From Puia sp. (GTDB lineage: Bacteria; Bacteroidota; Bacteroidia; Chitinophagales; Chitinophagaceae): a stretch of DNA of 64,000 nucleotides. How positions within the stretch are numbered: position 1 is the first letter of the stretch; each line of letters opens with the position of its first letter. Below the pieces are notes generated by a model. The model was not told where the DNA came from. It did no database searches and saw only the letters and a program-made list of their open reading frames with translations. The stretch is from assembly GCA_035492595.1 (NCBI GenBank), contig DATJJA010000127.1:32838-96837 (forward strand). The letters are read 5' to 3'. The position numbers and the translations under genes are program-made. This document shows positions 28,901 through 37,709 of this stretch, piece by piece.

Positions 28901-28999
28901 GCAAAAATAGAAGAATTGCGGTTGCAGGCGCAACAGAAGCTGGCGCAGGTGACCGAAGAAGAAAAGAAGAACAGCAAGGTAGAGAGTGGGAATAATTAA
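25964..28999 (+). CDS. Large secreted/periplasmic tetratricopeptide repeat protein
   Basis: Signal peptide SFA|QQ; many TPR helix pairs (YYYG..Y, YP.S motifs). Confidence 0.88.
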   Translation: MKYTVLFFVILISSSSFAQQTRYYDDPQASFRQGIEFFEHEYYSLAFPIFRDLKYSLRETDKSNNAVEYQDVKYYYLVCALAQNDKTAVTAAQDYINLENNAPRVGMISFHLAEYYFRQRDYTAALKSYEHADIDNLNNKDIADMKFHQGYCYFTKKQFDNALPLFNAIRQLPKDPNYIDANYYYGFICFYQKKYNDALAAFKVVEDNPAYEKVVPYYVANIYLVQGEKDKAIAYAEARLKKGNQYYDTELRQLVGHGYYEKQDFAKALPFLEQYVSLSKKVTREDLYELSYCYYQTKNWNKAIDGFKQLGGSKDSLAQNSMYLLGDAYLRTAQKANARNAFLFCSMNSSNARQKEISKFNYAKLSYELGYQDVALTELQGFLQQYPNSEYSREGRELLVSVLAGTNNYRDALTLLDSLDHPSENARRLIPRILYGRATELVNDGLLLNANELLDKALKDPNNGSVLPYVQFWKAEIAYRLNKIDDAIRYYLEYLKSSSVNGEVNPQNARYNLGYCFLKKENYRQAQGFFEQVVRTPQLNSSSMEQDAYIRDADCYYMNRDYKTALAMYNKVLSYSWPSSDYATFQKAMIAGVSNGKDKITLLNTINRQYPASNLSADVNMEIAGTYLAGENYREALPYLKNVLKSPGADALKPKAYLQSGIAWYNLNNNKEALSQYDSLLRQYPNSPEAQDGLDNAKTIYVEEGRSAEYVNFAKGMGVEVSASQADQLAYEEAEVQFNNGNFPGAIQRFEAYLAKFPDGKYSLEANYYKSEIYFSQKDWAKAVVGYAAVSDRVPNKFGEKSLLQAARLYFFNLKDYANAEKYFTKLKDFSASQENKMEAMRGLLRSQYQLQKWPDAVANAKDLLTQKGLSVDDRVLANMAIAKSYQSAGQCETALQYFRIAAPLTKSAYAAEARYQIADCLFHQNQLKDAEKAAFEVINKSGSYEEWVTRAYLLLGDVYFAEKDFFNAKATFQSIVENAKIEELRLQAQQKLAQVTEEEKKNSKVESGNN

Positions 29000-29019
29000 T
29001 CATTTCAGAAATTCGATCC

Positions 29020-30669
29020 ATGTATAGAATATCATTTTTTCTACTGGGTATGGTTTGTGCCGGGCTTTCGCTACAGGCGCAGGATACGACGAAGCGCAGG
29101 ACTATCGAGATCACTTCATCATTCAAGCCGGTGCTGCGTGAGGCGGTGAAGATAAATTTCAATGCCGCGCCGCCGGCCATCGATACTTCGAAGCCTCGTC
29201 TTGCCTACAATATTCCGGCTCAATATCTGTTCCTGAGCTATCAGCCTGCGGAGATGAAACCGGTTGCTTTGCAGCGGGATTCGGTGAAGCCGTGGGAGAA
29301 CTACAATTATATCAAGGTGGGAGTGGGCAATGTGCATATTCCCTATATCCGGACGGGGTTCAGCTTTGGGGACGGGAAGACCAGTTTCTTTAACCTGTTT
29401 GCGAACCAGCTAAGCTCAAAGGGTAAGCTGCCTTATCAGAAGAACAGTCTGACGGATGTGAAGCTGGTGGGAACAGTGAAGACGGCTAATAACCTGGAAT
29501 GGAATGGGAGCGTGGGGTTCAAGAATGATGTGTATCACCTGTATGGCTACCGGCCGGATACGCTGCATTTTACGGGTGACCAGCTAAAGCAGGGGTTTCA
29601 GACCTATGAAGGCAAGCTGAGTCTGCGGAATACGGAGCCGACGGAGTTTGGGTTGTTATACCATCCGAATATCAGGGTATCGTATTTTACCGACAATCAC
29701 GATCCGAAGGGGACGGAGGCGGGTACGGTGCTGAACCTCCCACTGGAGAAAACGCTTGGGGACGACTACGCTTTTGACCTTGGTTTTACGGCCGACCTGA
29801 CGCACTATAACCGGCCATTGAAAACGGATGCGGGACAGAACAACAATATATATATGGTTAACCCGGCCTTCCTGGTGAAGACATCGAATTTGTTCTTGCA
29901 GGCGGCGGTGACCCCTTCGTGGGATAATAAGACCTTTCACCTGCTGCCGAATTTCCTGGCGGACATTTCTACTTCTGATCAGCGATTCACCATTCAGCTG
30001 GGTTGGATAGGCTACTATGACAAGGGTTCATATCAGCGTTATGAGTCGATCAATCCCTGGCTGGCGCAGCCGGATTCCCTGATAAATACGCGTGTCCAGG
30101 AGTGGTATGGTGGTTTCAAGGGATCGATAAGCAACCACTTCACCTATGCGGCGAAGGTGGGGTTCCTGCAGTATAAGTATATGCCTTTGTTCGTAAACGA
30201 TCCTACGCCGGGCAGTGGTGAAAAGAGCTTCCTGGTCGATTATGAACCTTCGATGAACGCACTGCAGGTGCATGGTGAGGCAAGTTATATCCAGGGGGAT
30301 GAGTTTACGGTCACGGCTGGTGTTACCGTCAACGATTACCGGAATTTAAAAGTGAATGAGAAGGCATATGGCTTGTTGCCGATGGAATTCAACACGCATT
30401 TGAAATGGCAGGCCTTTAAGGATTTCTGGGTGAAGGCCGATCTGTTTACCTTCGATGGTGCAAGGTATCTGACCGATGACGGAAAGGCTTTTAAAGGGGA
30501 TAAGGGGACGGACATGAATGCAGGGGTGGAGTTCCGGATCCTGCGGCAGCTGAATTTATGGTTCCAGATGAATAATATCTTCAATAATAAATACGAGAGG
30601 TGGCATCAGTACCCCGTATATGGGTTTAATGTGTTGGGGGGAATTGTGTTTACGTTTGGGCAGAAATAA
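29020..30669 (+). CDS. Outer-membrane beta-barrel protein (TonB-receptor-like)
   Basis: Signal peptide; amphipathic strands; NNIFNNKYERW..Y...GFNVLGGIVFTF C-terminus. Confidence 0.78.
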   Translation: MYRISFFLLGMVCAGLSLQAQDTTKRRTIEITSSFKPVLREAVKINFNAAPPAIDTSKPRLAYNIPAQYLFLSYQPAEMKPVALQRDSVKPWENYNYIKVGVGNVHIPYIRTGFSFGDGKTSFFNLFANQLSSKGKLPYQKNSLTDVKLVGTVKTANNLEWNGSVGFKNDVYHLYGYRPDTLHFTGDQLKQGFQTYEGKLSLRNTEPTEFGLLYHPNIRVSYFTDNHDPKGTEAGTVLNLPLEKTLGDDYAFDLGFTADLTHYNRPLKTDAGQNNNIYMVNPAFLVKTSNLFLQAAVTPSWDNKTFHLLPNFLADISTSDQRFTIQLGWIGYYDKGSYQRYESINPWLAQPDSLINTRVQEWYGGFKGSISNHFTYAAKVGFLQYKYMPLFVNDPTPGSGEKSFLVDYEPSMNALQVHGEASYIQGDEFTVTAGVTVNDYRNLKVNEKAYGLLPMEFNTHLKWQAFKDFWVKADLFTFDGARYLTDDGKAFKGDKGTDMNAGVEFRILRQLNLWFQMNNIFNNKYERWHQYPVYGFNVLGGIVFTFGQK

Positions 30670-30705
30670 GTAGATTCGCAGCCTTAAGCTATAAACGGAA
30701 AAGCC

Positions 30706-31308
30706 ATGTTTGCGGTATTGAATGCCTACTTATTTCAACATAGAAGTATCAGTATTCCGGGTTTGGGTACTATTTACCTGGAGACTTTGCCTGCTGACGT
30801 AGATGTGGCTGAACGTACTATGCTGCCTCCTGCCTACCGTTTTCGTTTTGACAAATACTTTGATGCGCCGGACAAAGAGTTCTTTTCCTACCTGGCGACC
30901 CAGCGTAATATACTTGATTATGAGGCCATTAAATGGTATAACGAGTTCTCTTTCGAGCTACGCAACCGGATCCGTGCGGAAGACGAGGTAAGCTGGGATG
31001 GGGTTGGGATCTTAAGGAAGGATGGCTCGGGGAATGTATTATTCGAGTCGGTCAGGGCCCCGGCCTTTTTTCTGCAGCCTACGCCTGCCGTACGGGTCAA
31101 CCGCCAGGATGCCCAGCACACTCTTCTTGTGGGCGACCGGGAGAGGACCAGCGGTGAAATGAACGAGTTGTTACAGGAGGAAGGTACAGGCAGGCGACGA
31201 CTTTCCTGGTGGATCATTGCCCTGATCCTTGCTGTCGCGGGTCTGGCCGTGCTTGGCTGGCATTTTTATTCTCATGGCTGGTCTACAGGCAATCAATTAA
31301 AATTTTAA
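30706..31308 (+). CDS. HU-like (CCDC81-type) domain protein with C-terminal membrane anchor
   Basis: SISIPGLGTI and VSWDGVGIL HU-like beta arms; RRR followed by a TM helix. Confidence 0.65.
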   Translation: MFAVLNAYLFQHRSISIPGLGTIYLETLPADVDVAERTMLPPAYRFRFDKYFDAPDKEFFSYLATQRNILDYEAIKWYNEFSFELRNRIRAEDEVSWDGVGILRKDGSGNVLFESVRAPAFFLQPTPAVRVNRQDAQHTLLVGDRERTSGEMNELLQEEGTGRRRLSWWIIALILAVAGLAVLGWHFYSHGWSTGNQLKF

Positions 31309-31330
31309 GGCAGCCCCTATCTACTACACT

Positions 31331-32224
31331 ATGTCCCTGATCCATTACAATTCCTGTCCATCCTGTCACTCCGAAAATCTGCAACTGGCCCTGAAACCCA
31401 GCGATCATACTGTCTCGCACGAAACTTTTGAGATATGGGAATGTCTGTCATGCGGGCTGCGGTTCACCCAGGATGTGCCGGATGCGGTTTCCATCGGCGT
31501 GTATTACCGGTCGGATAATTATATCTCTCACACCAATACCAATAAGGGGTTGATCAACCGCCTTTATCATATTGTGCGGCGGCAGACGCTGTCGAACAAA
31601 TATCGCCTGATCTCTTCGGCCACGCGGATGAGGCAGGGCAAACTGCTGGACATTGGAGCCGGGGCCGGGGCTTTTGTTGCGCATATGAAGGAGCAGGGCT
31701 GGGAGGTGACGGGACTGGAGCCGGATGAAGTGGCGCGGGAAAAGGCGCGGACGGACAACCGGGTTCAGTTGTTAGGGATGGATGATCTTTTCACGTTTCC
31801 CACAGAGAGTTTCGATGCGATAACGTTGTGGCATGTGCTGGAGCATGTTCATGATCTGCATCCCTATATGGAGCGATTGAAGGCATTGATCAAGCGGGAC
31901 GGTCGTATCTTTATTGCGGTTCCTAATTATACCTCTTACGACGCAAGTGTCTATGAGGGGGCCTGGGCGGCTTACGATGTGCCCCGGCATCTTTACCATT
32001 TTTCTCCGGATGCCATGGAAAAGCTGCTGAACGGGCATGGGCTGCAGCTGCAGTATAGTCAGCCGATGTGGTTTGACAGTTTTTATATCAGCATGTTAAG
32101 CGAGAAATACCGGAATGGCCGCGGGAATACGCCGAAGGCGGTTTGGATGGGGCTCGTATCGAATATGAAGGCTTTTGTCGATAAGTCGAAATGCAGCTCG
32201 CTGATTTATGTGGTATCGAAATGA
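31331..32224 (+). CDS. Class I SAM-dependent methyltransferase with N-terminal Zn-finger
   Basis: CPSC...CLSC; LLDIGAGAG; FDAITLWHVLEH; DVPRHLYHF. Confidence 0.9.
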   Translation: MSLIHYNSCPSCHSENLQLALKPSDHTVSHETFEIWECLSCGLRFTQDVPDAVSIGVYYRSDNYISHTNTNKGLINRLYHIVRRQTLSNKYRLISSATRMRQGKLLDIGAGAGAFVAHMKEQGWEVTGLEPDEVAREKARTDNRVQLLGMDDLFTFPTESFDAITLWHVLEHVHDLHPYMERLKALIKRDGRIFIAVPNYTSYDASVYEGAWAAYDVPRHLYHFSPDAMEKLLNGHGLQLQYSQPMWFDSFYISMLSEKYRNGRGNTPKAVWMGLVSNMKAFVDKSKCSSLIYVVSK

Positions 32225-32227
32225 TGG

Positions 32228-33061
32228 TCAAAAAGGAAATTTGATCTCATAGATATTCGACCATAACTTCCCGGTCACATAAACCTTATTATTGGTGGAA
32301 TCATACGCAATGCCGTTGAGGACTTCTGCTCCGGGGTATTTGTTGCGAGCCTCGCTGTCGAGGGATTCCAGGTTCATTTTTCCCACTACTTTTCCGCTTG
32401 CCGGATCGATCTTCAGGATGTAATTGGTTTGCCATTGATTGGCGTAGAGGTAGCCTTTTATCAGCTCCAGCTCGTTGATATTGCTAACGGGTCCATTGTT
32501 GTCGGTTACTCCCAGCACTTTTATGAGGCGGAAGGTGGTCGGGTCCAGGTAGTTGATATTACTGGTGCCATCGCTCATGATGAGGTGGGTCCCGTCGGTG
32601 GTCATTCCCCAGCCTTCTTTACTTGGAAAGGTAAATTCCCCAAGCTTTTTAAATGTTTTGGCATCATATATGAAACCGACCCTGGTTGTATAGGTCAGCT
32701 GATAGACTTTGCCGTTGAGGAAGACGATGCCTTCGCCGAAGAATTTATTGCGGTCGAGCTCCACCTTTGGAGTGATCTTACCGGTGGTCATATCGACGGT
32801 ACCAAACATGGATTTTCGATTGACCGGCATTTCGGGTTCGGTGCCTGTCGCTTCATACAGCTGGCCATCGTGGAAGAGGAGGCCTTCTGTGTAGGCAGTG
32901 GTATCGTGGGGAAGAGCCCTTATGACGGTGTAATTGATCGATGGAGGAGTGTTATCGGGCGCCTTCGTCGTTCCTGTGGAGGAATCTTCTTGCCGGTCGG
33001 TATTGTTACAAGCGGCTGTAAACAGGCTTAGGATCATCAGAAAGGCGAAGGATCTGTTCAT
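32228..33061 (-). CDS. Glutaminyl-peptide cyclotransferase (plant/bacterial type), lipoprotein
   Basis: LFTAAC lipobox; PHD..YTEGL; FGEG; EGWG; NELE; VLNGIA; VTGKLW. Confidence 0.92.
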   Translation of the reverse strand: MNRSFAFLMILSLFTAACNNTDRQEDSSTGTTKAPDNTPPSINYTVIRALPHDTTAYTEGLLFHDGQLYEATGTEPEMPVNRKSMFGTVDMTTGKITPKVELDRNKFFGEGIVFLNGKVYQLTYTTRVGFIYDAKTFKKLGEFTFPSKEGWGMTTDGTHLIMSDGTSNINYLDPTTFRLIKVLGVTDNNGPVSNINELELIKGYLYANQWQTNYILKIDPASGKVVGKMNLESLDSEARNKYPGAEVLNGIAYDSTNNKVYVTGKLWSNIYEIKFPF

Positions 33062-33380
33062 ATATTGGCTATAGTTGGCAAAAATAAGGCTCCGCAACCT
33101 TACTATCCAATGAGAATGTGTAAAAATTGTACAAAATGCTTGCATATCCGGCTTTTTTTTTATTGTTTTACAGCAGCTTACAACCTGAATACTGCCCCTT
33201 CGCACCGCAATAACCAGCCAGGCCCATTTCCGGGCATTATTCAAAGTCAGAGGCCACGTATCATGCATACGGTCATCTGTCTCTCCAACAAGCGGTATCC
33301 TTCCTGAATAACCAATCCAATTTCTTACTATTCTGCTACCCCTCCAATACCGATGATGAGCCTTTGTAAAAGAAGGTATA

Positions 33381-34649
33381 ATGAAGAATTTTCTACCCTT
33401 TGTAGGATCCCTGTTGATCACAGTATCCGGTTGGGCACAACGCGACTGTCGTTGGCTCGACTACAAGCAGCAACAGCTGAAAGCAGACCCTTCGCTTGCC
33501 GAAAAGGTGGAGGCTGTCGAATCTTTTACGCGTATGCAGCTGCATAGGTCTTCTGTAACCATTACGGGACAGGGGACAGGGACAAAGGATATTATTCCCT
33601 CGCTCATCACCATTCCGGTCGTCGTTCACATCGTATATAATTCCTCTTCGCAGAATATCAGCGATGCGCAGGTACTGTCGCAGCTGGATGTGCTGAATGC
33701 TGACTATGGCAAGCATAACGCAGACACCTCTGCCATCCCTTCCTATTATTCTTCTTTGGCTGCCAACAGCGGCTTCCGTTTCGTACTGGCAGGTGTCGAT
33801 ACTGACGGACATGCGACTACCGGGATCATCCACAAGTACACCAATGCCACCTCTTTTTCTCTCAATGACAATGTCAAATATAGTTCCAGGGGAGGAGATG
33901 ATGCCTGGGACCGGGATCGTTATCTGAACATCTGGGTATGTAATCTGAACGGCGATGTGCTGGGGTATTCCAGTATTACCGGTGGGTCAAAGGAAACGGA
34001 TGGAGTGGTTATTCGCTATACGGCGTTTGGGACGAAGGGCACGGCCACAGCTCCTTATAACAGGGGCAGGACCGCGACGCATGAGATCGGTCACTGGCTG
34101 AATCTGATACATGTCTGGGGCGATTCGGATTGCGGGGATGACGAAGTTGCGGATACGCCGCCACAGTCTACTGCAACTTATGGAAATCCCCGCGGTATTA
34201 TTATTTCCTGCGGGAATACGCCTTACGGCAATCTATATATGGACTATATGGATTTTACCGACGACTTGGGGATGCATCTCTTTACCTACGGTCAGCGGGA
34301 CAGGATGCGTAGTCTGTTTGCTGAGGGCGGATTCCGGCAGCCGCTGCTGAATTCTGCTACGGGGGCGGTATCCACAGGCAGCATCGGCGGTGGGGTGACG
34401 GTACCCGGAACGGGCGAGGTGGTCGGGGTCGACCTTCATCCGAATCCGGCGATGAGCACTTTGTCGGTGAATCTGCAGGGCATGGCCAGGATCGGAGGAA
34501 TGCTGGAGGTATATAACCAGGTGGGAATGAAAGTTATGGCGGTACGGATTACGGCGCTTTCATTTTCGCTGAACCTATCGAGGCTTACGGGGGGAGTTTA
34601 TTTTGTGCGGACGGAAGGAGGGGGCAGTTCCAGGTTTGTAAAGTTATAA
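33381..34649 (+). CDS. M43 (pappalysin/ulilysin-like) metalloprotease with T9SS-type C-terminal domain
   Basis: IPVVVHI; GRTATHEIGHWLNLIH; YMDY; LHPNP...GVYFV...FVKL. Confidence 0.9.
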   Translation: MKNFLPFVGSLLITVSGWAQRDCRWLDYKQQQLKADPSLAEKVEAVESFTRMQLHRSSVTITGQGTGTKDIIPSLITIPVVVHIVYNSSSQNISDAQVLSQLDVLNADYGKHNADTSAIPSYYSSLAANSGFRFVLAGVDTDGHATTGIIHKYTNATSFSLNDNVKYSSRGGDDAWDRDRYLNIWVCNLNGDVLGYSSITGGSKETDGVVIRYTAFGTKGTATAPYNRGRTATHEIGHWLNLIHVWGDSDCGDDEVADTPPQSTATYGNPRGIIISCGNTPYGNLYMDYMDFTDDLGMHLFTYGQRDRMRSLFAEGGFRQPLLNSATGAVSTGSIGGGVTVPGTGEVVGVDLHPNPAMSTLSVNLQGMARIGGMLEVYNQVGMKVMAVRITALSFSLNLSRLTGGVYFVRTEGGGSSRFVKL

Positions 34650-34677
34650 AGATATTTTATCGATATTTAGCAGGTTT

Positions 34678-35913
34678 TCAGGAGGCTGGTTCAGCGCCGC
34701 CGGTCATCAACAGAGCTATTTTTTCTCCGACAACAGGGGCGAGCGCAACGCCCATCCCGCTCATACGAACGGCGCAGAATATGTGATCATTGACAGCTTT
34801 AATGATGGGCATTTTTTCACTTCCCATTCCCATGATGCCGCTCCAGCGGTGTTCGATGGTATAGAAACGATCGGGCAGGACCACTTCCTGTAAGAAGCGT
34901 TCGAGTTCGTGCTGGATAAGATCGGTGAGGCCCATTTCGGTGGTTGTCTCTGCTTCGATCGCCATATTACGGGCTCCTCCCAAAAGGACTCTGTCCCCTA
35001 AATTCCGGAAATAGTAAAATCCTTTGTCGAAATGGAAGGTACCTTTGAACGGCAGTCCGTCGATAGGGGAAGTGACCAGGACCTGGCCGCGTGCGGGGGT
35101 GATGTCGAGCTGTGGCAGCAGCTGTTGGGCAAAGGCGTTGGTCGCCACCAGCAGCTGTTGGGCTATCAGGGGAAACGGGTGTTGGGTATGTATCAGGAGA
35201 TGGCCGCTGACTTTTTCAAAGCTGGTGATCTCGATGTTATTGAGCACGGTGACCCCTATAGATTGTACGAGGCGGAGGAGGGCCTGGCACAGTTTGCCCG
35301 GGTGGAGCTGGCCTTCCGATCTGTTCTCTATCAGGTATTGAATATTGGAGAATCCGAATTGGGCGATGTTTTCGTTTTTGAGGCGGAAAGTTTTTTGGAA
35401 GCCGGTGATCTTTTTGAGGATGCGGTTGAATTCGTCGATAGACGAGCGGAGCTGGTCGAGGTCTGACAGGTCGGGAGCAGAGGATGGGGCGGCGCTTGTG
35501 GATGTGTCTGCGGCAGAGGATGTAGCGGCGTTTGCGGATGGAGGTGAGGCCGGAAAATTGCCGATAAGCTCGTAACCGCCGTATTTTTCATAAGTTATGT
35601 CTTCGGCGGAGAAAGTTTTTCTTATTCTTTTTAGTCCCCTGTAGCGCATGTCTACGAGTTCGAGCAACTGGTCCATGCCCATTTGTCCGGCGTCGGAGAC
35701 CAGTTCGGACAGGCTGCCAAAGCAGGCAAAGCCGGCATTGCGTGTACTGGCGCCGGTGGGGATAAGGCCACGTTCGATGATAGTGATGCTTAAGGAAGGG
35801 GCATGTTTCTTTAGGTAATAGGCGCTCCACAGCCCTACCAGGCCGCTGCCTGCAATGACGATATCGGCCGGTGCAAAAAAACTTTCCTTTTCCCAGACGG
35901 ACAACTGTGCCAT
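34678..35913 (-). CDS. FAD-dependent oxidoreductase (DAO family)
   Basis: GSGLVG; GASTRNAGFACFGS; WSGIMG; GMGVALA. Confidence 0.85.
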   Translation of the reverse strand: MAQLSVWEKESFFAPADIVIAGSGLVGLWSAYYLKKHAPSLSITIIERGLIPTGASTRNAGFACFGSLSELVSDAGQMGMDQLLELVDMRYRGLKRIRKTFSAEDITYEKYGGYELIGNFPASPPSANAATSSAADTSTSAAPSSAPDLSDLDQLRSSIDEFNRILKKITGFQKTFRLKNENIAQFGFSNIQYLIENRSEGQLHPGKLCQALLRLVQSIGVTVLNNIEITSFEKVSGHLLIHTQHPFPLIAQQLLVATNAFAQQLLPQLDITPARGQVLVTSPIDGLPFKGTFHFDKGFYYFRNLGDRVLLGGARNMAIEAETTTEMGLTDLIQHELERFLQEVVLPDRFYTIEHRWSGIMGMGSEKMPIIKAVNDHIFCAVRMSGMGVALAPVVGEKIALLMTGGAEPAS

Positions 35914-35978
35914 AGTATTAATTACGACTGAAAAGTAAACATTAATTTTGATAAAACCGGACAGAGTCCGCAATACAA

Positions 35979-36893
35979 ATGACGAAAAGAAGTAGTACCA
36001 TACCGGTGCATAAGCTGCAGGAGCACACCGATCAGAGATATCACCTGAAGCGGGTGAATGTTCCGAGCGAGCTGGATAAGAAAGCTGCGCGGATGGATGA
36101 TCACCGGGATGATCATTATATTTTTCTATTACTGGAAAAGGGATGGGGCAGGATGATGGTGGATTTTAATATGCAGGTCCTGAAAGAGAATACAGCAATT
36201 TTTGTTTTGCCGGGCCAGGTGCATAATTATAAAGGCTCCTCGCCGGATGCGACTGGTTGGTTCCTTGCCCTCGATGCCGGTCTGATCCCCGATCTGTACC
36301 GGGCTGTGCTGGAAGACCCTTTGCTCATGGCGAAACCTTTGGTGATGAGTGACGCAGAACTGCAACCGTTGGTGCAGTGCCTGCAGTTGGTGTCGGCTGT
36401 TGAGCAGCAGCGGGAGTCGGTGTATGCGCGGCAATCCCTTTATTCGCTGCTTGCTTCATTCGTGGGGATAGTGGCGGACCTTTATGCGGGGCGATGCGGG
36501 GTGGCAGAGGGGAAGTTAAGCCGGCCGAAAGTGATCACGCTGGAATTCAGGCAAATGGTGGCGCAGCGGTTCAAGACGCTGAAGAGTCCCGGGGAATATG
36601 CGGAGGCTTTGCATCTTTCGCTCTCCTATCTGAATGAGATCGTAAAAGAGACGACAGGTTTTACGGTGAGCTATTGGATACAGCAGGAGATAATCCTCGA
36701 AGCCAAGCGACTATTATATTACAGTCAGTGCAGCGTGAAGGAGATCGCCCATGAGCTGGGGTATGAGGACCATACTTATTTTTCGCGATTGTTCAAGAAG
36801 CAAGTGGGGCAAACGCCGGGGGAATTCAGAGGAGAATATCGGGGGCTGGCAAGCGGGGCGGCGAGTGATGCCCGGGTGGAGAGAATAGGGTGA
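35979..36893 (+). CDS. AraC family transcriptional regulator
   Basis: Cupin HRDDHY; EAKRLL..SVKEIA.ELGYEDHTYFSRLFKK. Confidence 0.92.
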   Translation: MTKRSSTIPVHKLQEHTDQRYHLKRVNVPSELDKKAARMDDHRDDHYIFLLLEKGWGRMMVDFNMQVLKENTAIFVLPGQVHNYKGSSPDATGWFLALDAGLIPDLYRAVLEDPLLMAKPLVMSDAELQPLVQCLQLVSAVEQQRESVYARQSLYSLLASFVGIVADLYAGRCGVAEGKLSRPKVITLEFRQMVAQRFKTLKSPGEYAEALHLSLSYLNEIVKETTGFTVSYWIQQEIILEAKRLLYYSQCSVKEIAHELGYEDHTYFSRLFKKQVGQTPGEFRGEYRGLASGAASDARVERIG

Positions 36894-36973
36894 GGGGCTG
36901 TGACCGCGAATAGTCCAATGATTACCGGTGTTATACTATTGGCTGCCCCGCGATGTTGTCGTTGCTTTGTATC

Positions 36974-37669
36974 ATGAATAAGCTAGCGCAAAAAGCACTG
37001 ACCCTGGCAGAGACCGTATTTATCCACAGCGCAAGGGTACTGGCTGTGCGGGTTTGGGAGCCGGATACCGTTCGGGAGATCGACTTGCATTTGCCTGACT
37101 GCGACATGAATAAATGGGGCAGCGCTCAACATATCAAATGTAAAGTGGATACACTGGTGTACCGCGATTATACTCCTTCCGGATGGGATGCAGAGACGAG
37201 GACCTGCACCCTGATCATTCATACAGCACATGATGGCCCGGGCAGCCGCTGGGGCAAGCAGCTACGGACAGGGGATACTGTTGAATACCTTGGTGTGGGC
37301 TCTTCCCATCAGCAGCCCGTTGCCGGCAAGCCGCTGGTCTTTTTGGGGGATGAGACTGCTATCGGCCATTTTTTGGCGCTGCGCCAGCTGGCGGGCGATC
37401 GTGCGGTTATCGGAGGAGCCATTGTGCTATCGGAGAAGCATCACAGGGACGAGTTCGATCAGTATTATTCGGGATTGGGGCTGCAGTCGCTGGGGAAGGG
37501 AGCTTCGCGAAAGTATGAGGCGCTGGATGAATGGGTGGAGGGAGCGGGTAATTTTGAACATCGCGATGCGGTGTATTACCTCGCGGGGTATGGCCCGGAG
37601 GTGGTGCGATTGAGAAAGTTATTGAAAAAGAGGGGGATGCAGGTGAAGGCGCAGGGTTTCTGGGATTAA
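36974..37669 (+). CDS. Siderophore-interacting / FNR-like FAD-binding protein
   Basis: RDYTP; HDGPGSRW; GDETAIG; C-terminal QGFW. Confidence 0.8.
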   Translation: MNKLAQKALTLAETVFIHSARVLAVRVWEPDTVREIDLHLPDCDMNKWGSAQHIKCKVDTLVYRDYTPSGWDAETRTCTLIIHTAHDGPGSRWGKQLRTGDTVEYLGVGSSHQQPVAGKPLVFLGDETAIGHFLALRQLAGDRAVIGGAIVLSEKHHRDEFDQYYSGLGLQSLGKGASRKYEALDEWVEGAGNFEHRDAVYYLAGYGPEVVRLRKLLKKRGMQVKAQGFWD

Positions 37670-37709
37670 AAAAAAGTATTGAGACAGGTAGTCTTCTTAC
37701 CGGTGAGGG

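Noticed and set aside
33062-33421. Long N-terminal extensions in the ORF track (QC; also usp, fbaA, bshB1, sigma, DMT)
   Set aside because: Downstream starts give proper signal peptides or family N-termini, and the extensions overlap neighbouring genes or promoters
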